Shown here piece by piece: positions 1 through 9,315 of a stretch of 64,000 nt of DNA. The DNA comes from an uncultured Acidobacteriota bacterium. GTDB taxonomy: Bacteria > Acidobacteriota > Thermoanaerobaculia > Multivoradales > UBA5704. Both the position numbers and the translations under genes were made by a program. Below the pieces are notes generated by a model. The model was not told the DNA's origin. It was given only the letters and a program-made list of their open reading frames with translations, and did no database searches. How positions within the stretch are numbered: position 1 is the first letter of the stretch; each line of letters begins with the position of its first letter. The DNA lies in assembly GCA_963770895.1 (NCBI GenBank), contig CAVYRF010000002.1:480001-544000 (forward strand), given 5' to 3'.

Positions 1-1
1 G

Positions 2-55
2 CGCCAGTCGATCACCGCGGCGATCAAGCGCCGCTGGGGCGTGCCTGAAACCTAG
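2..55 (+). CDS. 3' end of an unidentified gene running in from the left edge (partial)
   Basis: Open frame RQSITAAIKRRWGVPET* with GC3-rich codons; TAG at 53-55 convergent with the EamA stop. Confidence 0.35.
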   Translation, partial: RQSITAAIKRRWGVPET

Positions 56-65
56 TGGCCCGTCA

Positions 66-1031
66 CTAGCTCTGCGGCAGCGGCGCCGGGCCGCGATCGT
101 CCAGCCGGGCGCGCCGCGCGTCGTACCAGCTGTTGAGCAGCGAAGCACCCAGGATCAGCGCGCCACCCGCCAGGACGCGCGCGCCGGCGCGCTCGCCGTG
201 CAGCAGCCAGGCCCATAGCGGGCTCAGCACCGGCTCCAGCATCAACAGAATGGACGCCTCGAATGCCGGCACGCGGCCGATGCCGCGCGTCAGCAGAATG
301 TAGGCGAAGGCGATCTGGAAGAAGCCCAGGTAGGCCAGGATCAACCAGTCCCGCGGGCTTGCCGCGGGCAGCGGCAGGCTGAAGGGCAGCGCGGCGGCGC
401 AAGCCAGGATGTTGCCCCACAGCGCCGCCACGGCGCCGTCGTTCGGCGCGTCGCGCTCCGCGGCGCTGCCGGCACTGGCGGCGTTGCCTGCTTTCGGGGT
501 GTTCGCGGCATGCGCGGGGGTGGCGCCGCCGCGGCGGCCCAGGGCGCGCAGCCCGACGATGGTGAGCGCCCAGGTGAGGCCGATCGCTCCCGCCACCAGG
601 TTGCCGCGCAGCGGGTCGGGCGCGGTGGCCGACGCCGGCGGCAGGCCGGTCACCAGCAGGGCCAGGCCGGCGGCGATCGCGCCGATGGTCGGCAGGTCGC
701 CGCGCCGGATGCGCTCGCCCAGCAGCCACGGCCCGAGCACCAGGACGAAGAGCGGCGCCGTCGCCTGCAGGAAGATGGTGCTTGCGGCGGTGGTCAGCTT
801 GTTCGCCAGGACGAACAGGATCATCGTCGCGGCGTAGCAGGCGGCGACCACCAGCATGCGCGCCGTGGGGCGGCGGCGCACCTGCGGCACGACCGCCAGC
901 AGCACCGCCGCCGCGATCCCCGAGCGCACGCAGGCGACCGGCCAGCCGCTCAGGTGGATCGCCTTGATCGCCGCGCCGCCGGTCGAGAAGAGCGCCGCCG
1001 CGGCGAGCAGCTGCAGGCGCGGCGCCAGCAC
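66..1031 (-). CDS. DMT/EamA family transporter
   Basis: C-terminal part of ORF 66..2204: about 10 hydrophobic helices with EamA-like motifs (FLQATAPLFVLVLGPWLLGER, LMLEPVLSPLWAWLLHGE); GTG start at 1031 or 1055 uncertain. Confidence 0.85.
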   Translation of the reverse strand: MLAPRLQLLAAAALFSTGGAAIKAIHLSGWPVACVRSGIAAAVLLAVVPQVRRRPTARMLVVAACYAATMILFVLANKLTTAASTIFLQATAPLFVLVLGPWLLGERIRRGDLPTIGAIAAGLALLVTGLPPASATAPDPLRGNLVAGAIGLTWALTIVGLRALGRRGGATPAHAANTPKAGNAASAGSAAERDAPNDGAVAALWGNILACAAALPFSLPLPAASPRDWLILAYLGFFQIAFAYILLTRGIGRVPAFEASILLMLEPVLSPLWAWLLHGERAGARVLAGGALILGASLLNSWYDARRARLDDRGPAPLPQS

Positions 1032-1177
1032 CCTGTCCGCGCCCGCCCTCCCCACGTCCCCACCCGCCGCCGCATCGCCCGGTTTGTGCACGCAGCCATT
1101 GTGCACGGCCGCGCTCCCGGCGCAAGCGGTTGCCTGCGGCGGCGCCGGCCGCCGGCCGCCGCCGACCGGCCGGCACG

Positions 1178-2257
1178 TCAAGCGGGAAGGAAAAAGAACA
1201 GCGCCGCCAGCACGGCGTAGACCGCGAGCAGCTGCACGCCCTCCAGCCAGTTGGACTCGCCGTCGGCCGCCACCTGGGCGGCGATCACCACTGCGGCCGC
1301 CACCGCCAGCACCTCGGGGCCCGAAAACACCAGGTCCATCGGCTGCGGCCCGAGCAAGCCGGAGAGCAACACCAGCAGGGGCGCCACGAACAGCGCCACC
1401 TGCACGCTGCTGCCCACCGCGATGCCCAGCGCCAGGTCGGCGCGCCCGCCGCGGGCCACCTGGATCGCGCTCGCATGCTCGGCGGCGTTGCCGACGGTGG
1501 CCAGGACCACCACGCCGACGAACAGGTCGGTCATGCCGAGGGCGCGCGCCGCCGGCTCGACCACCCGCGCCAGCAGCTCGGTGACAAAGACCGTCAGCAC
1601 GGTCGCCGCGGCCAGCACGCCGACGGCCCGCCGCACGCTCCAAGGGGTGAAGGTCACCGGCTCCGCCGCCGTCTCGGAGGCGCGGCAGCCGCTGCCCAGG
1701 AACAGGCGCCGGTGGGTGCGCAGCGAAAACAGCAGGCCGCAGGCGTAGGTGGCGATCAGCACCACGGAGATGGCGAGCGACAGCCCCCCCACCCCTGCAT
1801 CCGCGCCGTGCCGCGCCAGGGCGTGGAACGCCGCCGGCGCCAGCAGCGCGATGACGGCCAGGGTCAGCATGCTGCTCTGGCTGCGCGCCGCGGTGGCGTT
1901 GAAGGTCACCGTCGGCCGCGCCAGGCCGCCCGCCAGCATCGCGGCGCCAAGGACCAGCAGCAGGTTTCCCAGGATCGATCCGGTCAGCGTCGCCTTGACG
2001 ATCGGCACCAGGCCGTGGCGCAGCGCGGCGATGCACAGGATCAGCTCGGCGGCGTTGCCCAGCGTGGCGTTGACCAGGCCGCCGAGCCCCTCGCCGACCC
2101 GATCGGCCAGGTGCTCGGTGGCGCGGCCGATCCAGGCCGCCAGCGGCACCATCGCCGCACAGGCCAGGGCGAACACCAGCACCGACCTTTGCGGCGCCCA
2201 CCACGCGGCCGCTGCCACCGCGGGCAGGAACAACAGCATCCAGTAGCGCGGCGCCAT
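1178..2257 (-). CDS. chaA: Ca2+/H+ antiporter (CaCA/CAX family)
   Basis: Alpha-repeat motifs GGLVNATLGNAAELI and GNAAEHASAI, GSILGNLLLVLG, DGESNWLEGVQLL. Confidence 0.9.
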   Translation of the reverse strand: MAPRYWMLLFLPAVAAAAWWAPQRSVLVFALACAAMVPLAAWIGRATEHLADRVGEGLGGLVNATLGNAAELILCIAALRHGLVPIVKATLTGSILGNLLLVLGAAMLAGGLARPTVTFNATAARSQSSMLTLAVIALLAPAAFHALARHGADAGVGGLSLAISVVLIATYACGLLFSLRTHRRLFLGSGCRASETAAEPVTFTPWSVRRAVGVLAAATVLTVFVTELLARVVEPAARALGMTDLFVGVVVLATVGNAAEHASAIQVARGGRADLALGIAVGSSVQVALFVAPLLVLLSGLLGPQPMDLVFSGPEVLAVAAAVVIAAQVAADGESNWLEGVQLLAVYAVLAALFFFLPA

Positions 2258-2429
2258 CGCCGCATGCTATCCCGTCCGCGGGCGGCGGCGCCGTGCCGCC
2301 GGAGCGCGCGCTCCAGGCGGGAGTCCCTGTTGCCCTGGGGCGGTGGCTGGGTTAGCCTGATGGACAGCCGCCGGTTGTCCGGCCTGCTCAGCTTCTACCG
2401 CCACTCTTACGCTTTCGAACCGAGGACCC

Positions 2430-3761
2430 ATGCCTGGAAGCCTGCCCAAGATCTTTGTCCTGGACACCTCGGTCATCCTCTACGACTTCAACGCCATTCT
2501 CAATTTTCAAGAGCACGACGTCGCCGTCCCCATCACCGTCCTCGAAGAGCTCGACCAGTTCAAGAAGGGCAACACGGTCCTCAACCTGCAGGCGCGGGAA
2601 TTCATCCGCCAGCTCGATCGGCTGTCCAGCACCAACATGCTGGCCGAGTGGATTCCGCTCGACGGCGCCGCGCACGGCCGCTTCCGCGTGCTGACCGAAG
2701 AGAAGGGGCGCGAATTCGACGCGGCCGAAATCTTCGGCGCCAAGAAGGCCGATCACCGCATCCTCAACGCCGTGCTCTCGCTCGCCCGCCAGGAGCCCGA
2801 GCGCAAGGTGATCCTGGTCACCAAGGACATCAACCTGCGGCTCAAGGCGCGCGCCCTCAAGCTCACCGCCGAAGATTACGAAACCGTCAAGATCAAGGAC
2901 CTGGACCATCTCTACAAGGGCAAGAGCGAAATCGAAGTGCCCGACCCGGCCCTGATCGACAGGCTCTATCGCGGCGAAGGGCTGCCGGTCGAAGAGGTGC
3001 TGGCCGAGCGGCCGCTGCCCAACCAGTACTTCATCCTGCGCAGCCGCTCCAACTCGGGGCTGGCCTGCTTCAACCCGCGCACCGACCGCCTGGAGCGGGT
3101 GGTCAAGCCGCTCGCCTACGGCATCTCGCCGCGCAACGCCGAGCAGACCTTCGCGCTGCACGCCGTGCTCAACCACGACGTGCCGCTGGTCACCCTGTCC
3201 GGCGCCGCCGGCACCGGCAAGACCCTGCTGGCGCTGGCGGGAGCGCTGGAGCAGCGCCGCTCGTTCCGCCAGATCTACCTGGCGCGGCCGATCGTGCCGC
3301 TGTCCAACCGCGACCTGGGCTACCTGCCGGGCGACATCAACTCCAAGATCGATCCCTACATGCAGCCGCTGTGGGACAACCTGTCGATCATCAAGAACCA
3401 GTACGGCGAACGGGAACGCGAATACCGCAAGGTCGAAGAGCTGGTGGACACCGAAAAGCTCCACATCGTGCCGCTCGCCTACATCCGCGGGCGCAGCTTC
3501 TCGAACGTCATCTTCATCGTCGACGAAGCGCAGAACCTGACGCCGCACGAGATCAAGACCATCATCACCCGCGCCGGCGAGCGCACCAAGATCATCCTCA
3601 CCGGCGACATCTTCCAGATCGACACCCCCTACCTCGACGCCCACACCAACGGCCTGTCCTATCTCATCGACCGCACCAAAGGCAGCCCCCTCTACACCCA
3701 CGTCAACCTGGAAAAAGGCGAGCGCTCCGAGCTCGCCAACCTGGCCAGCCGCTTGCTCTAG
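2430..3761 (+). CDS. PIN-domain PhoH-family ATPase (PhoH2-like)
   Basis: N-terminal PIN (FVLDTSVIL, VLEELDQFK, LVTKDINLRLKA); Walker A GAAGTGKT; LGYLPGD, YIRGRS, IVDEAQNLT, TGDIFQID. Confidence 0.92.
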   Translation: MPGSLPKIFVLDTSVILYDFNAILNFQEHDVAVPITVLEELDQFKKGNTVLNLQAREFIRQLDRLSSTNMLAEWIPLDGAAHGRFRVLTEEKGREFDAAEIFGAKKADHRILNAVLSLARQEPERKVILVTKDINLRLKARALKLTAEDYETVKIKDLDHLYKGKSEIEVPDPALIDRLYRGEGLPVEEVLAERPLPNQYFILRSRSNSGLACFNPRTDRLERVVKPLAYGISPRNAEQTFALHAVLNHDVPLVTLSGAAGTGKTLLALAGALEQRRSFRQIYLARPIVPLSNRDLGYLPGDINSKIDPYMQPLWDNLSIIKNQYGEREREYRKVEELVDTEKLHIVPLAYIRGRSFSNVIFIVDEAQNLTPHEIKTIITRAGERTKIILTGDIFQIDTPYLDAHTNGLSYLIDRTKGSPLYTHVNLEKGERSELANLASRLL

Positions 3762-3946
3762 TAGTACTAGCCCGGCGCACGCCGGACCGTTGGCACCACG
3801 CGAGATTCCGCGTCTCCCTGGTTGACGCCGGGTGGCCGCAGATCTGCCGGCGCCGACGATCTGCTGGCGCCTGCCTGGTCGACGCCACGCGCCGCTGGGG
3901 GCCGTGGTATGTTTTTAGGGTTTGCCTGACTCCGGGGAGCGACAGC

Positions 3947-4882
3947 GTGAGCACCATCAAACCCATCTTCCTGCTGGCTGACAGCCAGCTGCTGTTCTGG
4001 CGTGACGAAGAGGGGCCGTTCCTGCGCCGCGTGCGCGACCTGGTCGACGAAGACCTGGCCGCCGCGGGCGATGCGGGGACCGCCGTCAAGGCCGCCTACC
4101 TGGGGGCCTCCAACGGCGATGCGCCCGAATTCTACGAGCTCTTTGTGGGCGCCATGGACCAGATCGGCGTGCGCGACTGCCGGCTCATCCCCGAGCACCC
4201 GACCGCGGACGACGTCGACTTCCTGGAACACGCCCACGTCATCCTGCTGGCCGGCGGCGAAGTCGAGCGCGGCTGGGAATCCTTCAAGCAGGCCGGTTTC
4301 GACAAAAAGCTGGTCGAGCGCTACTACGCCGGGGCGCTGTTTCTGGGCATCTCGGCGGGCGCCGTGCAGCTGGGCTTGAAGGGCTGGAACACCAGCGGCG
4401 AAAAGATCGCCGACATGCTGCGCATCGTGCCCTTCGTCGTCGACGTCCACGACGAGCCTGGCTGGGCGCGCCTGCTGCAGGCCGTGCCCAAGGCCGGCGA
4501 ACACGGCCGCGGCATCGGCATCCCCAGCGGCGGCGGCGCCCTGTACCACCCCGACTACTCCGTCGAACCGGTGCGGCACCCCCTGACCGAAGTCAGCCAG
4601 ACCGAAGCCGGCGTGCAGCAAGCCCTGCTGCTACCCGGCGTCGCCTCCGAGCCCGCCGCCCCCCCCACGGCGGCCGGCGCCGCGGACGCCGGCGAACCCG
4701 CCAACACCGCCGACACCGCCGATCCCGCTGACAGCGCGTCCCGGCCCAGCCCAGGAAACGGCGACAGCGACGAACCGACCGATCCGACTGAGCAGAGCCG
4801 GCGCCAGCTGGGCTACTCCATCGGCAGCGACGGCATCATCGAGATCCGCCGTCCCGATCCCGCCGAAGAGTCGATCAACTAG
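3947..4882 (+). CDS. Peptidase E/cyanophycinase-like (S51, class I GATase-like fold) protein with low-complexity tail
   Basis: C-terminal part of ORF 1130..4882; GTG at 3947 after GGGGAG; motifs AYLGASNGD, ILLAGGE and nucleophile elbow GISAGA. Confidence 0.7.
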   Translation: MSTIKPIFLLADSQLLFWRDEEGPFLRRVRDLVDEDLAAAGDAGTAVKAAYLGASNGDAPEFYELFVGAMDQIGVRDCRLIPEHPTADDVDFLEHAHVILLAGGEVERGWESFKQAGFDKKLVERYYAGALFLGISAGAVQLGLKGWNTSGEKIADMLRIVPFVVDVHDEPGWARLLQAVPKAGEHGRGIGIPSGGGALYHPDYSVEPVRHPLTEVSQTEAGVQQALLLPGVASEPAAPPTAAGAADAGEPANTADTADPADSASRPSPGNGDSDEPTDPTEQSRRQLGYSIGSDGIIEIRRPDPAEESIN

Positions 4883-4955
4883 TGGCCTGTCGTTGCTGCA
4901 CCGATCGGCGCGGGGCCGGCGCCGCGGGCTCGCTTGTGGCGGCGGCGTCAGCCCG

Positions 4956-5789
4956 ATGAGGCTGTACGCGCTGGCGGATCTGCACCTCCGCTACGAGGTC
5001 ACGCGCCGGGCGCTGGACACGATGCCGGCCTTCCCCGAAGACTGGCTGATCGTCGCCGGTGACGCCGGCGAAACCGAGCAGCACCTGCGCTACGCCCTGA
5101 CCATGCTCAAGCGCCGCTTCGCCCGTCTGCTGTGGGTGCCGGGCAACCACGAGCTGTGGACCCTGCCGTCGCCGGGCGACGAGCTGCGCGGCGAAGCCAA
5201 ATACCAGCGGCTGGTCGCAATCTGCCGCGAGCTGGGCGTGCTCACCCCCGAAGACCCCTACGTCGTCTGGCCCGGAGATGGGCCGCGCTGCATCCTGGCG
5301 CCGCTCTTCCTGCTCTACGACTACACCTTCCGGCCCGACGACATCCCGCCCGAGGACGCCATCGCCTGGGCCGCCGAAGACAACCTGCTGTGCTCGGACG
5401 AAGTGCTGCTCCACGCCGACCCCTATCCCGACAAGCCCAGCTGGTGCGCCGCCCGTTGCCTGGCCGCCGAGCCCCGCCTGGCCGCCGCCGCCCGACAGGC
5501 CCCGCTGGTCCTGATCAACCACTTTCCTTTGCGCTACGACTTGGCCGTGCTGCCGCGCATCCCCCGCTTCTCCATCTGGTGCGGCACCCGCCGCACCGAA
5601 GACTGGCACCGCCGCTTCAACGCCCAGGTCGTCGTCTACGGCCATCTTCACATCCGCGGCACCTACTACCGCGACGGCGTTCGCTTCGAAGAGGTCTCCC
5701 TGGGCTACCCCCCCAACTACAACGCCAACCTCCCCATCGCCTCCTACCTCCGCGAGATCCTCCCCGGCCCCCCACCACCCCAGGACTGA
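4956..5789 (+). CDS. Calcineurin-like metallophosphoesterase, PptH/Rv2795c-like
   Basis: Metal motifs ADLH, VAGD, VPGNHE, NHFP, YGHLH; C-terminal FEEVSLGYP. Confidence 0.85.
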   Translation: MRLYALADLHLRYEVTRRALDTMPAFPEDWLIVAGDAGETEQHLRYALTMLKRRFARLLWVPGNHELWTLPSPGDELRGEAKYQRLVAICRELGVLTPEDPYVVWPGDGPRCILAPLFLLYDYTFRPDDIPPEDAIAWAAEDNLLCSDEVLLHADPYPDKPSWCAARCLAAEPRLAAAARQAPLVLINHFPLRYDLAVLPRIPRFSIWCGTRRTEDWHRRFNAQVVVYGHLHIRGTYYRDGVRFEEVSLGYPPNYNANLPIASYLREILPGPPPPQD

Positions 5790-5869
5790 TCCGCCCCAAG
5801 CAGGCCTCCCATGCAGGTCAACGCGGTCGGGCCGGCACCTCCACTATCAGGATGGCTGTCCGTCGCACC

Positions 5870-6277
5870 TCATGGCGAACTGCCAGAGGCTGTCTTGTCC
5901 GTTCGCCCGCCAGTCAACTGCACCGCCACGTGCGAAACCAGACCGCCGGGGCTCAAGGTGACGCAGATCCCCGCCGCAAACGTGATCCCCTGCCACTGTG
6001 GCGCCCGAGAATCGCTGCCGGCGTTGTCTGAAGATCGCGCCGCGGCGTGCATCGCGGGATGGAGGCCGCGCACCCGAGCGCGGCGTCGGACCAACGCGCC
6101 ACCGACGATGCAGGCCACCAGCAGCGTCCACGGTCCCGGCAAGCCGACACCCCACGCCTGGACAACCAGCACCTGCACTGCGATGAGCAACGCAACCACG
6201 ACCAGGCAGCGCACCACCAGGCGCCCCAACGGCTCCAGCAAAGGGCGCAGAAATAGCCACCCGACAAGCCCCGTCAC
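5870..6277 (-). CDS. Putative small membrane protein, possibly the frameshifted tail of the upstream LamG-like gene
   Basis: GTG at 6277 overlaps the upstream TGA; hydrophobic stretches (LVVRCLVVVALLIAVQVLVVQAW, WTLLVACIVGGAL). Confidence 0.3.
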   Translation of the reverse strand: MTGLVGWLFLRPLLEPLGRLVVRCLVVVALLIAVQVLVVQAWGVGLPGPWTLLVACIVGGALVRRRARVRGLHPAMHAAARSSDNAGSDSRAPQWQGITFAAGICVTLSPGGLVSHVAVQLTGGRTDKTASGSSP

Positions 6278-7080
6278 GGCACACCCACCGTCGCGAACGC
6301 CGTTTCCGTGAGGCTGGGCGGCAGCGGCCCAAGACGCCAGGGTTGGCCCCTTCCGGCCGCGATCTGCTGGAGACTGCGAGCGTAAAAGGTGAGGCGCCAG
6401 GCGCCCACCTGACCGTCCGGCGGGGCGGCAAGGACGCGACAGGCAGGAAAGGCGAAGCGCCGGCAGTCGGCTGCCTGGTCCTCCAGCGGATCGACGCCCA
6501 GCGGCAGGGTCAGATCGCCCACTCCCCAGCCGGGCAGTGTTGCGTCGGCACCATCGATGGCAAGCCTTGCCGGCGGCGGCGCCGAGACGCTGAGCACCAG
6601 CCGGCGAGCGGGCGGCGGACGCGGAACGCTGAAGCCGGCCACATGCACCCAGCGCCCGAGCGGCACCGGGCGATCGGAGACCCAGGCCCGCCCTTCCAGC
6701 GGACCGGCAAACACCAGATGGCCGTTGGACCATCCGCCGGCGCGGCGGAAGATCTCCAATCGGTAGCCTCGCGCCGCGACCAGCAACGGCCCTCCGCCGT
6801 AGCTCCGCAGAAAGACCCACGCCTCAAGGCACACCGGCCCCTCCCGCACCAAGTCAGCCGCACCCTCCACGCGCGGCGTTCCTGTCGGGCCTGCCCGGCC
6901 AAACGAGCGGAGCGCGCCTGCCCCGGCAGGGCCAGCACTCCACGCGACGGCGGCCGGCGAACCATCAGGCCTGCGCCCCGAGCACCACCGACAGAAAGTG
7001 GGGAGGGTCAGCGCGAGCCCCGCAACCAACAGCACCACACACGATCGTAAACGAATCGGTACGACGACTCCAACCTCCAT
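6274..7080 (-). CDS. LamG/concanavalin-like domain protein with N-terminal hydrophobic segment, possibly degenerate
   Basis: VCLEAWV and VPLGRWVHVAG resemble LamG_3 signature segments; atypical codon usage. Confidence 0.4.
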   Translation of the reverse strand: MEVGVVVPIRLRSCVVLLVAGLALTLPTFCRWCSGRRPDGSPAAVAWSAGPAGAGALRSFGRAGPTGTPRVEGAADLVREGPVCLEAWVFLRSYGGGPLLVAARGYRLEIFRRAGGWSNGHLVFAGPLEGRAWVSDRPVPLGRWVHVAGFSVPRPPPARRLVLSVSAPPPARLAIDGADATLPGWGVGDLTLPLGVDPLEDQAADCRRFAFPACRVLAAPPDGQVGAWRLTFYARSLQQIAAGRGQPWRLGPLPPSLTETAFATVGVP

Positions 7081-7320
7081 CGGGGCTCCTTCGGGGACGG
7101 AAGCGACCCTCCCCTACAGAGGAAGACGCAAAAGACCGCCCGTTTTGGAATCGTTCCCAAACCCGATCTCGGAAGGTGGAACGGTCGCGGATCACACGTT
7201 CGAGATCCGGTTCCTCAGCCCCGGCGTACAGCTGTACGCCTGACCTTTGGCTAGTGCAAATCACCAGGCACGGCCCTGCTCACGGCCGCGCCGCCGCCGC
7301 TCGACAGGGCAGCCGAGCGC

Positions 7321-8469
7321 ATGGCACAATCCCGGCGCTCGGACGAAGCGGAGCGGCACCTTCCTGCGCTCCGCACCTGTCGTGGCTCGGAGGTCAATCT
7401 CATGAGGGACGTTGGCAACGCGGCTGGCGGCGCCGCGATGGAAGCATTCGTCGAGACGCTGACCCCCCTGGACGTCTACCCTCTCTGGATGGAGAAGGGC
7501 CTGCTCGTGCGCAAACCGACGACGCGCGCGCTGCCGCACGTATGGCGGTACGCGCCGCTGCGGGAGCGTCTCCTCGAAGCCGGCCGCCTCATCAGCGCTG
7601 AGCATGCGGAACGCCGCGTCCTCGTGCTCAAGAACCCAGGCCTCGAAGGCAAGCCGGCAGCGACCAGCCGGCTCTACGCCGGACTGCAGCTGGTGCTGCC
7701 TCACGAGATCGCGCCCGCCCACTTCCACGCGGCCTCGGCGATCCGCTTCGTCATCGAAGGCAAGGGCGCGTACACGACGGTCGACGGGGAGCGGGCCATC
7801 ATGGCTCCCGGAGACCTCGTGCTCACCGCGGCCTGGACCGTGCACGATCACGGCAATGAAACCGACGAAGCGATGATCTGGCTCGACGGTCTCGACCTGC
7901 CGCTGGTCAATGGCTTGGAGTGTTCGTTCTTCAGCGAGGTGGACGCGCAAGTTCAGGCCTTGCAGCGTCCGGACGACGCTTCCGCGCACATGTACTCGCG
8001 CGGCCAGCTGCGGCCCACCTCCGTGAAGTGGACGGCAAACTACTCGCCGGCCCTCAAGTATCCGTGGCCTCAGACGGAGAGCATCCTGCTCGACGCCTGG
8101 CACGACGGCGTGAACCACACGCCGGCGGACGGCGTCATGTTCGAGTTCACCAACCCCTTCACCGGCGGCCCCACGCTGCCGACCATCGGCTGTTACGTAC
8201 AGCTCCTGGCGCCGGGCGAGCACACGGCAGCGCATCGCCACACAACCAGCACGGTCTACCATGTCGTCCGCGGCGGCGGCACGTCGATCGTCGATGGCAA
8301 GGTCCTGTCGTGGGAAGAACGGGACACGTTCGCCGTGCCCGGGTGGGCCGTGCACGAACACGTGAACCAGTCCGCAACCGACCCGGCGATTCTCTTCTCC
8401 TTCACCGACGAGCCGACGCTGCGGGCGCTCGGCTTCCACCGTGAGGAGCCCGCCGAAAGGCAGGAGTAA
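7321..8469 (+). CDS. Gentisate 1,2-dioxygenase-like bicupin
   Basis: AERRVLVLKNPG, LYAGLQLVLP, AHFHAASAIRFVIEG, HDHGN, IWLDGLDLP, HRHTTSTVYHV; true start may be 7402 or 7438. Confidence 0.88.
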   Translation: MAQSRRSDEAERHLPALRTCRGSEVNLMRDVGNAAGGAAMEAFVETLTPLDVYPLWMEKGLLVRKPTTRALPHVWRYAPLRERLLEAGRLISAEHAERRVLVLKNPGLEGKPAATSRLYAGLQLVLPHEIAPAHFHAASAIRFVIEGKGAYTTVDGERAIMAPGDLVLTAAWTVHDHGNETDEAMIWLDGLDLPLVNGLECSFFSEVDAQVQALQRPDDASAHMYSRGQLRPTSVKWTANYSPALKYPWPQTESILLDAWHDGVNHTPADGVMFEFTNPFTGGPTLPTIGCYVQLLAPGEHTAAHRHTTSTVYHVVRGGGTSIVDGKVLSWEERDTFAVPGWAVHEHVNQSATDPAILFSFTDEPTLRALGFHREEPAERQE

Positions 8470-8472
8470 ACG

Positions 8473-9315
8473 ATGCGCCTGGTCACGGTGGTCGAAAATG
8501 GAAGAACGATCGCTGCGGTGGAAGGCCCGGCTGGGCGTCACGCGCTGCTCGACGCGAGTGGCACCCCCTACGCCGACATCGGCGAGCTGCTCCGCCGCCA
8601 ACCCGCATGGCGCGAAGTGGCCGCAAGGCCGGGCCGTCTCCTCGCGGCGGACCTGCCGGTGGCGCGGCCGATTCTGAGCCCGGGGGCCACCGTCTGCGTC
8701 GGATTGAACTACCGCCGGCACGTGCTCGAGATGAAGCGCGAAATGCCCACGGTGCCGACGCTCTTTTCAAAGCTGGCCCGCTCCCTCTGTGACCCCGGCG
8801 CCAGGATCGTCCTCCCCTCCGCGTCGGCCGCCGTGGACTACGAAGGCGAGCTGGTGGCGGTCATCGGCCGCGGCGGCCGCGACATTCCCGCCGATCGGGC
8901 CTGGGAGGCCGTGGCAGGGCTCACGCTGATGAACGACGTGTCCATGCGCGACTTCCAGAAGCGGTCGCTGCAATGGTTCGCGGGCAAGGCGTGGCAGGCG
9001 TCGACTCCTGTCGGCCCGGCGATGGTGTCCGTGGAGGCCCTCCCCAACCTGGGCCAGCGGGAGATCGTGACCCGCGTCAACGGCGAGGAACGGCAGCGAT
9101 CGCCGCTGAGCGACCTGATCTTCGACGTGCCGACGCTGGTGGCGGATCTGTCGCGCATCGTCGCGTTGGAACCGGGCGACCTGATCGCGACGGGAACCCC
9201 CGCCGGCGTCGGAGACGCAATGAAGCCGCCGTCCTATCTCCGCCCCGGCGACGTGGTCGAGATCTCCGTCGACGGCATCGGCACGCTGACCAACCAGTTC
9301 GTGGGGGCAGAGTGA
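8473..9315 (+). CDS. Fumarylacetoacetate hydrolase family protein
   Basis: CVGLNYRRH, DYEGELVAVIG, NDVSMRDFQ, LEPGDLIATGTPAGVG. Confidence 0.92.
   Translation: MRLVTVVENGRTIAAVEGPAGRHALLDASGTPYADIGELLRRQPAWREVAARPGRLLAADLPVARPILSPGATVCVGLNYRRHVLEMKREMPTVPTLFSKLARSLCDPGARIVLPSASAAVDYEGELVAVIGRGGRDIPADRAWEAVAGLTLMNDVSMRDFQKRSLQWFAGKAWQASTPVGPAMVSVEALPNLGQREIVTRVNGEERQRSPLSDLIFDVPTLVADLSRIVALEPGDLIATGTPAGVGDAMKPPSYLRPGDVVEISVDGIGTLTNQFVGAE

Noticed and set aside
1130-3946. N-terminal 939 codons of the 1250-aa ORF 1130..4882
   Set aside because: Shadow frame over chaA (antisense) and phoH (off-frame); only the part from GTG 3947 looks protein-like
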